Shown here piece after piece: positions 1 to 6,969 of a DNA stretch of 10,611 nt. Below the pieces are notes generated by a model. That model was not told where the DNA came from and ran no database searches. It saw only the letters and a program-made list of their open reading frames with translations. Where the stretch lies: contig DATKKY010000095.1 of NCBI GenBank assembly GCA_035542695.1, positions 1 to 10,611 of the forward strand. Reading direction: 5' to 3'. A program made the position numbers and the translations under genes. The number at the start of each line of letters is the position of its first letter. The stretch's first letter is position 1. This DNA is from a bacterium. Its GTDB lineage: Bacteria; Arandabacterota; Arandabacteria; Arandabacterales; Arandabacteraceae.

Positions 1-44
1 GTGCTGATACTAGACCCGCCTTAGAAGGTCAGGACACAGACAAC

Positions 45-3000
45 ATGATCGGTAAGACAATTTCCCACTACAAGATTCTCGAGAAGCTGGGCGAGGGTGG
101 GATGGGTGTGGTCTACAAGGCCGAGGATATCCATCTGGAGCGGCTGGCGGCCTTGAAGTTCCTGCCTCCACACGTTTCCGAGGACTCCGAGGAGAAGGCT
201 CGCTTCATTCATGAAGCCAAGTCTGCCTCGGCCTTGAACCACCCCAATGTCACGACAATCTACGGGATAGAGGACAGCCCCGAAGGGCTTTTCATCGCCA
301 TGGAGTATGTCGATGGCAAGACCCTGAGACAGGTAATCAAGGACGGCCCGCTCCCGCTCAAGAAGGTCTTGGACATCGCGACTCAGATCTGCGAAGGCAT
401 GGCTGCGGCCCACGAGAAGGGCGTCGTTCACCGGGACATCAAGTCCGAGAACATCATGGTCACGGCCCGCGGCCAAGTCAAGATCATGGACTTCGGGCTG
501 GCCAAACTCAAAGGCGCGAGCCGGCTCACTCAGACGGGCACGACTCTGGGCACCATCGGCTACATGTCGCCCGAGCAAGCCTCCGGGGAAGATGTGGACC
601 AGCGGAGCGACATCTTCTCCTTCGGCGTTGTGCTCTACGAGCTCTTGACCGGGCGGCAGCCTTTTCAGGGCGAGAATCAAGCGGCCATCATCAATGCCAT
701 CATCAACGAAGAACCGCAGCCGGTGGCGCGCTTCAACTCCCAGGCCTCGGCCAAGCTTGAGGACATGGTGGCAAAGGCGCTGGCCAAGGACCGAGACGAA
801 CGGTACCAGCACATTGATGATCTGCTTGCCGATCTCCGGCGCGAGCGGAAATCTCTGGAGTACGCGCGGACTGCGAAGTACGCCGAGGCCGCTCGTGCCG
901 CTGAAGGGGCGAAGGCGGCGAGCGGTGTCGGAGCAGGAACCAGCCCACCTTCCGGTTACGAATCTGCGGTGGGAGCGCGGCGGGGGCTTGCCGCCCGGCT
1001 GCCCCTTAAGAAGCTTCTCGGCATTGGTGTTCCTGTAGCGGTGGCGCTTGCGGTCGTTCTGATCCTCTTTGTTCTCGAACCCTTCCGGGTGGAGATGGGG
1101 CCCAAGAAGGAAGCGGTGGCCAGGGAAAACTCTATCGCCATCATGTATTTCGACAACCTCACGGACCGCGCTGACACGGAGCGACTCGGCGAAATCGTCA
1201 CCAATCTGCTCATAACATCGCTATCGGAGTCCAAGTACATCAATGTCGTCTCAAGTCAGCGGCTCTATGACATCCTGAAACTCCTGGGCAAGGAAGGCGC
1301 GAAGTCGATCGACCGGGATGTAGCGACGCAGGTTGCGACCCGGGCCGGTGCCAGGTGGATGCTCCTGGGCAGCATCATCCAGATTGAACCGCAGGCGATC
1401 CTGACATCTCAGCTCGTGGACGTGGAGAGCGGTCAGGTTACGGCATCCCAGCAGATCACCGGCGAGCCGGGGGAGAAGATATTCCCGATCATCGACCGGC
1501 TGGCGGCGGGTCTCAAGCGAGACCTCTCGCTTCCGGCGGAGGCCCAGAAGGAACCCGAGCCCAAGGTTGCCGACTTGACGACCAGTTCGCAGGAAGCCTA
1601 TCGCTATTACCTTGAAGGCAGAGACCTGGCCTACAAGTACTACAACACCGAGGCCAAGGCCAGCCTTAGAAAGGCTTTCGAGCTGGATTCAACCTTCGCC
1701 ATGGCCTACCTGGGCCTGGCTCTGGTGGAGAGCGGCCAAGAGCGGCGGAACCTGGCTGCAAAGGCCCTGAAGTACTCCGACCGAGCCACTGAAGCGGAGC
1801 GCCTATACATAAAGGCTATGGGGGCCTACATCTCAGGCGACTATCCCGAGGCCGTCAAGGGACTCGAGAGGGTGGTGGCCGTCGAGCCTGACAACAAGTA
1901 CGCATTCTTCTGGCTGGGGATGATCCTTTTCGATAATCTCCAGCGGCCGGAGGAGGGGATTCGTAACCTTACGCGTGCGATCGAGATCGACCCCCTTTTC
2001 AAACCCGCCTATAATGCGCTCGCTTATAACTACGACGGGATCGGTGATTTCGAGAAGTCCATCTGGGCCATAGATAAGTACATCTCCTTAGCACCTGAGG
2101 AAGCCAACCCCTACGATTCTCGCGGAGACCTCTACGCCTGGAACGGCAAGCTGGACCAGGCGCTTGAGTCCTACCGCAAAGCAATCGAGATCAAGCCGGA
2201 CTTCTATATGTCTTTGTTCAAGCTTGGAGACATGTACTTGTTCAAGCGCGAGTATGCCAGGGCCGAGAGCTGCTACAAGGAGCTTTCGTCTTGTCCCGAC
2301 AAGTCGACCCGGTCGGGGGGTCGAGAATGCCTGGGCATTATCCCCGCATACCAAGGCAAATTCGATGAAGCCTTCCGAGTTCTGGACGATGGGCTGGCCG
2401 CTGACCGCATGGAGGGGGCCGAGGGCAGCTATCATATGGGCAAGTATCTTGTGAAGGCCGAAATCTATCTCATTAAGAAGGAGTTCGATCTGGCGTTGAA
2501 GGAAGGCGGCGCCGGGGTGGAGGCCTCCAGGAAGATTGAATCGCTCCAACCTGTCTGCAACCGGGACTTTTACTGCTGCCTTCTCGCACGTGCCGGCAGA
2601 ATCGCGGAGGCCCAAGATCTTGCCGAGGCCATAAGGCGGGCCATAAGCGGGAAGAACGAGAACTACATGTCGAGCTATTGGATTCCGCTAGCCGTGATCG
2701 AGATGAGCAAGAAGAACCCGGGCGCCGCTCTTGCGTATCTCGAGAAGGCGGCTGCCGCAGATAAGAGTGTCCTATCGTCCTATTGGTATCGTTGCTTCTG
2801 TGCCCGGGCGTACCTCGAGGCGGGCAAGCTCGGGGAGGCGGTGGCGATGCTCGAGAAGATGGTTTCCAGTTACAGTGAGGATAGGTTCTTCTTCGCTCCG
2901 ATGTGTGTAGAGGACCATTACCTGCTCGGGACCGCGTACGAGAAGTCGGGCTGGACCAGCAAGGCTATAGAGCAGTACCAGGAGTTCCTTGAAATCTGGA

Positions 3001-3074
3001 AGGACGCCGACCCGGGTATCCCCAGCGTCGAGGACGCCCGCCAGCGCCTCGCCGCCCTGACCGGCAAGACATAA
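45..3074 (+). CDS. Receptor-type Hanks Ser/Thr protein kinase, 1009 aa: kinase domain, single TM helix, conserved juxtamembrane module, TPR array (paralog A)
   Basis: Long uninterrupted ORF with an ATG start preceded by AGGA. Kinase motifs are intact: Gly-loop LGEGGMGVV, catalytic Lys in AALKFL (K38), catalytic loop HRDIKSEN (aa 129-136), DFG (aa 149-151) and GYMSPE. One hydrophobic helix LLGIGVPVAVALAVVLILFVL lies at about aa 324-345, with positive residues (RR..KK) on its N-terminal side. Multiple TPR-like 34-aa repeats run from about aa 515 to the end. Confidence 0.92.
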   Translation: MIGKTISHYKILEKLGEGGMGVVYKAEDIHLERLAALKFLPPHVSEDSEEKARFIHEAKSASALNHPNVTTIYGIEDSPEGLFIAMEYVDGKTLRQVIKDGPLPLKKVLDIATQICEGMAAAHEKGVVHRDIKSENIMVTARGQVKIMDFGLAKLKGASRLTQTGTTLGTIGYMSPEQASGEDVDQRSDIFSFGVVLYELLTGRQPFQGENQAAIINAIINEEPQPVARFNSQASAKLEDMVAKALAKDRDERYQHIDDLLADLRRERKSLEYARTAKYAEAARAAEGAKAASGVGAGTSPPSGYESAVGARRGLAARLPLKKLLGIGVPVAVALAVVLILFVLEPFRVEMGPKKEAVARENSIAIMYFDNLTDRADTERLGEIVTNLLITSLSESKYINVVSSQRLYDILKLLGKEGAKSIDRDVATQVATRAGARWMLLGSIIQIEPQAILTSQLVDVESGQVTASQQITGEPGEKIFPIIDRLAAGLKRDLSLPAEAQKEPEPKVADLTTSSQEAYRYYLEGRDLAYKYYNTEAKASLRKAFELDSTFAMAYLGLALVESGQERRNLAAKALKYSDRATEAERLYIKAMGAYISGDYPEAVKGLERVVAVEPDNKYAFFWLGMILFDNLQRPEEGIRNLTRAIEIDPLFKPAYNALAYNYDGIGDFEKSIWAIDKYISLAPEEANPYDSRGDLYAWNGKLDQALESYRKAIEIKPDFYMSLFKLGDMYLFKREYARAESCYKELSSCPDKSTRSGGRECLGIIPAYQGKFDEAFRVLDDGLAADRMEGAEGSYHMGKYLVKAEIYLIKKEFDLALKEGGAGVEASRKIESLQPVCNRDFYCCLLARAGRIAEAQDLAEAIRRAISGKNENYMSSYWIPLAVIEMSKKNPGAALAYLEKAAAADKSVLSSYWYRCFCARAYLEAGKLGEAVAMLEKMVSSYSEDRFFFAPMCVEDHYLLGTAYEKSGWTSKAIEQYQEFLEIWKDADPGIPSVEDARQRLAALTGKT
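66..830 (+). other. Protein kinase catalytic domain of paralog A (about aa 8-262)
   Basis: All Hanks subdomain motifs fall in this span. The matching span in paralog B is 3193..3957. Confidence 0.85.
1014..1079 (+). other. Predicted transmembrane helix of paralog A (the paralog B equivalent is about 4153..4218)
   Basis: A hydrophobic stretch of 22 residues flanked by R/K on the N-terminal side. This predicts the kinase domain is cytoplasmic and the C-terminal two thirds extracytoplasmic. Confidence 0.7.
1080..1529 (+). other. Conserved juxtamembrane extracytoplasmic module of paralog A (about aa 346-495), an alpha/beta-type domain resembling the IAVLPFxNxS...YFxDGxTEELI module found between TM and TPR in many bacterial signalling proteins
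   Basis: The motif ENSIAIMYFDNLTDRADTERLGEIVTNLLITSLSESKYINVVSSQRLYDIL is followed by ARWMLLGSIIQ..LTSQLVDVESGQV. It is almost identical in paralog B (4219..4668). The family assignment is an inference from memory of this motif pattern, not a search result. Confidence 0.5.
1588..3071 (+). other. TPR repeat array of paralog A (about aa 515-1009); the paralog B equivalent is about 4720..6204
   Basis: Recurring TPR signature positions (W/L-G-Y, A..A, P) appear in units such as AYNALAYNYDGIGDFEKSIWAIDKYISLAPEEANPY and DSRGDLYAWNGKLDQALESYRKAIEIKPDFY. Confidence 0.75.
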
Positions 3075-3080
3075 GTAACG

Positions 3081-3092
3081 TGGTATGATAAT
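3081..3092 (+). promoter_or_regulatory. Candidate extended -10 promoter element (TGgTATGATaat) in the 97-nt spacer between the two kinase genes
   Basis: The sequence tggtatgataat reads as TGn plus TATGAT, a 5/6 match to TATAAT. No convincing -35 is present and none is needed for an extended -10. Only weak 4-bp hairpins and no intrinsic terminator follow paralog A. Confidence 0.3.
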
Positions 3093-3171
3093 CTGGTGAC
3101 ACGAAGCTGATTTCTCCCGTTCGTATGCGAATGAAAGGTGGATACGAGAAAGGCTGGATGCAGGCAACGCG

Positions 3172-6100
3172 ATGATCGGCAAGACGATATCTCACTACAA
3201 GATCCTGGAGAAACTCGGCGAGGGCGGCATGGGCGTAGTGTACAAGGCGGAGGACACCCGCCTCGAGCGCCTGGTGGCCCTGAAATTCCTGCCGCCTCAC
3301 ATATCCGAGAACTCCGATGAGAAGGCTCGTTTCATCCACGAGGCAAGATCGGCATCGGCGATCAACCACCCCAATGTGACCACGATTCACGGCATCGAGG
3401 AGAGTCCCGATGGCGTGTTCATAGTCATGGAGTACGTCGAAGGGAAGACGCTGAAGGCCCTGGCCAGCGAAGAGCCCCTCACGCTGAAGCGGATCCTCGA
3501 CATCGGAGTCCAAATCTGTGAAGGTCTGGCCCTCGCGCACGAGAAAGGCGTGGTCCATCGGGATATCAAGTCCGAGAACATCATGGTTACCGCGCGCGGC
3601 CAGGTGAAGATCATGGACTTCGGCCTGGCCAAACTCAAAGGTGCAAGCAAGCTGACCCAGACGGGCACGACCCTGGGGACCATAGGCTACATGTCACCCG
3701 AGCAGGCCTCCGGTGAAGAGGTGGACCAGCGCAGCGACATCTTCTCCGCCGGGGTAGTCCTTTATGAGCTCTTGACGGGGCGGATGCCTTTCTGGGGAGA
3801 GAATCAAGCGGCGATCATCAATGCGATACTTAACTTGGAGCCGTTGCCTATAGCCCGCTACAACAACCAGGTGTCAACGACACTTGAGTACGCCATATCC
3901 AAGGCCTTGGCGAAGGAAAGGGATGAACGGTACCAGCACATAGACGAGCTGCTTGCAGACTTGAGGCGAGAGCGGAAGGCCCTTGAGTATGCACGCACCA
4001 CGAAGCTGGCCGAGGCCGCGAGAGCCGCGCAGGCGACCGCTTATCGGGAGCCGGTGGCCCAGGGCGAGGTTGCCGAGCCTGTGCCGGCTGGCCAGCGCCC
4101 AGCAGGTGCTGGGCGCGGTGGCCTGCGGGGCTGGCTAGGTTCGCGGAAGAGAGTCCTTGGTGTCGCGATTCCCGCCGTGATCGCGCTTGCCGTCGTTCTC
4201 ATCCTCTTCGTACTTGAGCCCTTCCGGGTGGAGATGGGACCCAAGAAGGAAGCCGTGGCCAAGGAGAACTCGCTCGCCATCATGTACTTCGACAACCTCG
4301 TGGACCGCGCGGACACGGAGCGCCTCGGGGAGATCGTCACCAACTTGCTGATAACGTCGCTGTCCGAATCTAAGTACATCAATGTGGTCTCGAGCCAGCG
4401 GCTCTATGACATCTTGAAGCTCCTGGGGAAGGAAGGGGCGAAGTCGATCGACCGGGACGTTGCCACGCAGGTTGCGACCCGGGCCGGCGCCAGGTGGATG
4501 CTTCTGGGCAGCATCTTGCAGACCCAGCCGCAGGTGATCCTGACGTCGCAGCTAGTGGACGTGGAGAGCGGCAAGGTGGGGGCGTCCCAGCGGATCACGG
4601 GGGAGGTTGGGGAGAAGATCTTCCCAATAGTTGACCGGCTGGCGACGGGCCTCAAACAGGACCTTGCCCTGCCGGCGGAGGCCCAAAAGGAACCCGAGCG
4701 CAAGGTTTCCGACCTCACCACGGACTCACCCGAGGCCTATAGATATCTCCTCGAGGGAAACGATCTCCAGATGAAGATGTACGCGGCCGACGCTCAGGCC
4801 AGCTATAGAAAGTCCATCGAGTTCGATTCTACGTTCGCGATGCCCTACATATTCCTGGCCATGCTCGCGACCGGCGCGGAGCAAAAGGACTTGGTCGGCA
4901 AAGCGGTTAAGTACTCCAATCGAGCCAGTGAGAGGGAGAAGATCTTCATTGGCGGTGTAGCCGCCTTTGTCTCAGGTGACTATCCCAAAGCGATCAAGAC
5001 GTTCGAGAGGCTGTCGGCGGCCTATCCCGATGACAAGAACTGGCCCTGGTGGTTAGGAGCTACTTATTATAAGGGCCTGAACCAGATGGAACCGGCGATT
5101 CGGGAACTCACCCGGGCAATCGAAATCGATCCCCTCTTCAAGCCGCCCTACAACATGCTGGCCTATGCCTACGATGCTATCGGCGATTTCGATAAATCCA
5201 TCTGGGCGATTGATAAGTACATCTCCATGCCGCCCGAGGAGGCCAACCCTTACGATACCCGCGGAGACCTCTACGCCTGGAACGGCAAGCTGGACCAGGC
5301 GATCGAATCTTACCGCAAGGCGGTCGAGGTGAAGCCGGATTTCTATGTTTCCTGGCTGAAGCTCGGAGCCATGCACCTTTTTAAGCACGAGTATGCCCAG
5401 GCGGAGAGCTGCTGTAAGGTGGTGGCGTCCTGTCCCGACAAGGAGACCCGCTCCCAAGGGCGGGGTGCGCTGGGTATCATCCTGGCGTATCAGGGCAAGC
5501 TCAGGGAGGCCCTGAGAGCTTTGGATGACGGCCTGGCCGCGGACCGGATGGAGGGCGCGGCGGGTGAGGGAGTTTGCGTGAAGCACTCGCTTAAGGCCGC
5601 TATCTATCTCATGGAGAAAAACTTCGACTCAGCACTAGGGGAAATACAAGCCTATGTGGAAGCTGAGAAGGCCTTGCACCCAAGCGATCCCGTCTATGGT
5701 CGGGACTTCTACGTGTATGCTCTCGTCAAGGCTGGCAAGCTTGGCGAAGCCGAGCAAGTCCTCAAGGACTTGAAGCGCGATATCGGGGACAAGCATCCGA
5801 CTTACATGTACCTGTACTGGGGGGCGCTGGGCCAAGTCGAGGAAGCCCGCGGAAATCTCGCTGCCGCAATCGCCGACTACGAGAAGGCTGACCAACAATC
5901 TCCAGGACCAATCTATCCGTGTCGGGCGGTGCTGGCCCTGGCGTACCTCAAAGCGGGCAAGCTAGGCGAGGCCGTGGCGATGTTCGAGAAGGTGCTCTCG
6001 CGTTACGATGACTACCGGCTCTACGAAGCTCCCGGATGCGTCAAGGACCATTACGACTTGGGCAGGGCCTACGACAAATCCGGCTGGACGGCGAAGGCCA

Positions 6101-6207
6101 TCGAGCAGTACCAGGAATTCCTGGAAACTTGGAAGGATGCTGACCCCGGTATTCCCGAGGTTGAGGATGCCCGTGCGCGCCTAGCGAAATTGAAAGCCGG
6201 CGCCTGA
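3172..6207 (+). CDS. Receptor-type Hanks Ser/Thr protein kinase, 1011 aa: kinase domain, single TM helix, conserved juxtamembrane module, TPR array (paralog B)
   Basis: The domain order and all catalytic motifs are the same as in paralog A (LGEGGMGVV, VALKFL, HRDIKSEN, DFG, GYMSPE). The TM helix VLGVAIPAVIALAVVLILFVL lies at about aa 328-349. The ATG at 3172 sits 97 nt after the stop of paralog A. Confidence 0.92.
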   Translation: MIGKTISHYKILEKLGEGGMGVVYKAEDTRLERLVALKFLPPHISENSDEKARFIHEARSASAINHPNVTTIHGIEESPDGVFIVMEYVEGKTLKALASEEPLTLKRILDIGVQICEGLALAHEKGVVHRDIKSENIMVTARGQVKIMDFGLAKLKGASKLTQTGTTLGTIGYMSPEQASGEEVDQRSDIFSAGVVLYELLTGRMPFWGENQAAIINAILNLEPLPIARYNNQVSTTLEYAISKALAKERDERYQHIDELLADLRRERKALEYARTTKLAEAARAAQATAYREPVAQGEVAEPVPAGQRPAGAGRGGLRGWLGSRKRVLGVAIPAVIALAVVLILFVLEPFRVEMGPKKEAVAKENSLAIMYFDNLVDRADTERLGEIVTNLLITSLSESKYINVVSSQRLYDILKLLGKEGAKSIDRDVATQVATRAGARWMLLGSILQTQPQVILTSQLVDVESGKVGASQRITGEVGEKIFPIVDRLATGLKQDLALPAEAQKEPERKVSDLTTDSPEAYRYLLEGNDLQMKMYAADAQASYRKSIEFDSTFAMPYIFLAMLATGAEQKDLVGKAVKYSNRASEREKIFIGGVAAFVSGDYPKAIKTFERLSAAYPDDKNWPWWLGATYYKGLNQMEPAIRELTRAIEIDPLFKPPYNMLAYAYDAIGDFDKSIWAIDKYISMPPEEANPYDTRGDLYAWNGKLDQAIESYRKAVEVKPDFYVSWLKLGAMHLFKHEYAQAESCCKVVASCPDKETRSQGRGALGIILAYQGKLREALRALDDGLAADRMEGAAGEGVCVKHSLKAAIYLMEKNFDSALGEIQAYVEAEKALHPSDPVYGRDFYVYALVKAGKLGEAEQVLKDLKRDIGDKHPTYMYLYWGALGQVEEARGNLAAAIADYEKADQQSPGPIYPCRAVLALAYLKAGKLGEAVAMFEKVLSRYDDYRLYEAPGCVKDHYDLGRAYDKSGWTAKAIEQYQEFLETWKDADPGIPEVEDARARLAKLKAGA

Positions 6208-6231
6208 GGATCGGAGATTCGGAGCCCCGCG

Positions 6232-6594
6232 ATGTTTGAACACAAGCACGATCCAATGCTCACTCGCGCCGCCTTCATCAGGCGCATGCTGCTACATGGA
6301 TTGATCGCGTGTGTGATCGTCGCGGTGGCACTCACGATCGGAGTACTCGGCTACCGCGGGCTGGGCGGCCTTGCTTGGGTGGACGCCATTCTCGACGCGT
6401 CGATGATCTTGGGCGGTATGGGCCCGGTGTCGACGCTGCACACCGCCGGAGCCAAGCTGTTTGCGTCTGGCTATGCTTTATTCTCCGGGCTCATCTTCAT
6501 CGCGGTCGCTGGGCTCCTCTTCGCCCCGATCTTCCACAGGGTGATACATCACTTCCATATGGATGAAGGTGGCGAGGGCGATAGGGAGTCGTGA
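6232..6594 (+). CDS. Small integral membrane protein, 120 aa, about three predicted TM helices and a His-rich acidic C-terminus (HRVIHHFHMDEGGEGDRES)
   Basis: The ATG at 6232 has a GGAG 7 nt upstream and sits 24 nt after the kinase B stop. Hydrophobic segments are LLHGLIACVIVAVALTIGVLGY, AILDASMILGGMGPV and YALFSGLIFIAVAGLLFAPIF. I do not recognise the family. Confidence 0.55.
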   Translation: MFEHKHDPMLTRAAFIRRMLLHGLIACVIVAVALTIGVLGYRGLGGLAWVDAILDASMILGGMGPVSTLHTAGAKLFASGYALFSGLIFIAVAGLLFAPIFHRVIHHFHMDEGGEGDRES

Positions 6595-6657
6595 GCGGGA
6601 CCATGCCCCGCTTAGGCTTCCGGCGAGGTCACGGTGCGGGCGGCCGGCCGCGAGCAA

Positions 6658-6861
6658 TCAGTAAGGTGTCGGTCGGTTTCCGCGGTCCTCTAAGTTTGGT
6701 TCCTTCTTCTTCAAGCCTAGCCGTCCTGCGCGTCGCGCGCTATCGGCGAGCAGAAACTCGATCTGGGCATTGATGCTTCTCAAGTCGTCTGCCGCCCACT
6801 TCTCGAGCACTGCGAACAGCCGGTCATCCAGCCGGAGTAGGAATTTCTTCTTCTCGCTCAT
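6658..6861 (-). CDS. Arc-like ribbon-helix-helix (RHH) DNA-binding protein, 67 aa
   Basis: The N-terminal core KFLLRLDDRLFAVLEKWAADDLRSINAQIEFLLADS fits the RHH beta-strand/helix A/helix B pattern of Arc/MetJ/CopG-type repressors (compare the Arc-family motif ..FNLRLP..L...A....RS.N.EI...L). The RBS is weak (GGGG). The C-terminal tail is low-complexity. Confidence 0.55.
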   Translation of the reverse strand: MSEKKKFLLRLDDRLFAVLEKWAADDLRSINAQIEFLLADSARRAGRLGLKKKEPNLEDRGNRPTPY

Positions 6862-6910
6862 CGCCCCACACGCTGCCTAAGTTCGGCTGAATCAGCCCGC
6901 GTCTACCTGC

Positions 6911-6966
6911 CCCTGGGACAGGGTGCCGGTCAAGGGGACCCGGCACCCATTCGCCCTGTCCCATGG
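6911..6966. repeat. GC-rich imperfect inverted repeat (stem-loop) in the 108-nt spacer between the SPFH and Arc-like genes
   Basis: tgggacagggtgccgg (6914-6929) pairs with ccggcaccc (6940-6948) and ccctgtccca (6954-6963), with a 5-nt bulge (attcg). Neither strand has a U-tract after the stem. Confidence 0.6.
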
Positions 6967-6969
6967 TTT

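Noticed and set aside
21-812. 263-aa minus-strand ORF antisense to the kinase A 5' region; likewise 2088..2615, 2965..3558, 3387..3683, 4041..4382, 5053..5586 and others antisense to the kinase genes
   Set aside because: They lie wholly inside the strongly supported kinase ORFs. Their translations are Arg/Gly/Pro-rich low-complexity sequence of the kind produced by open antisense frames in GC-rich DNA. They carry no motifs.
45-6207. Tandem duplication considered as a mobile element or composite transposon
   Set aside because: There are no terminal inverted repeats, transposase or integrase ORFs, or target-site duplications. The duplication looks like ordinary paralog expansion.
6595-6616. 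Short hairpin GCGGG-accatgc-CCCGC after the small membrane protein stop, considered as an intrinsic terminator
   Set aside because: The stem is only 5 bp and is followed by ttaggcttcc rather than a U-tract. It also overlaps the convergent Arc-like ORF tail. This is too weak to call.
6591-6773. 60-aa plus-strand ORF overlapping the Arc-like gene region
   Set aside because: It overlaps the better-supported RHH gene on the opposite strand. Its sequence is low-complexity with no RBS.
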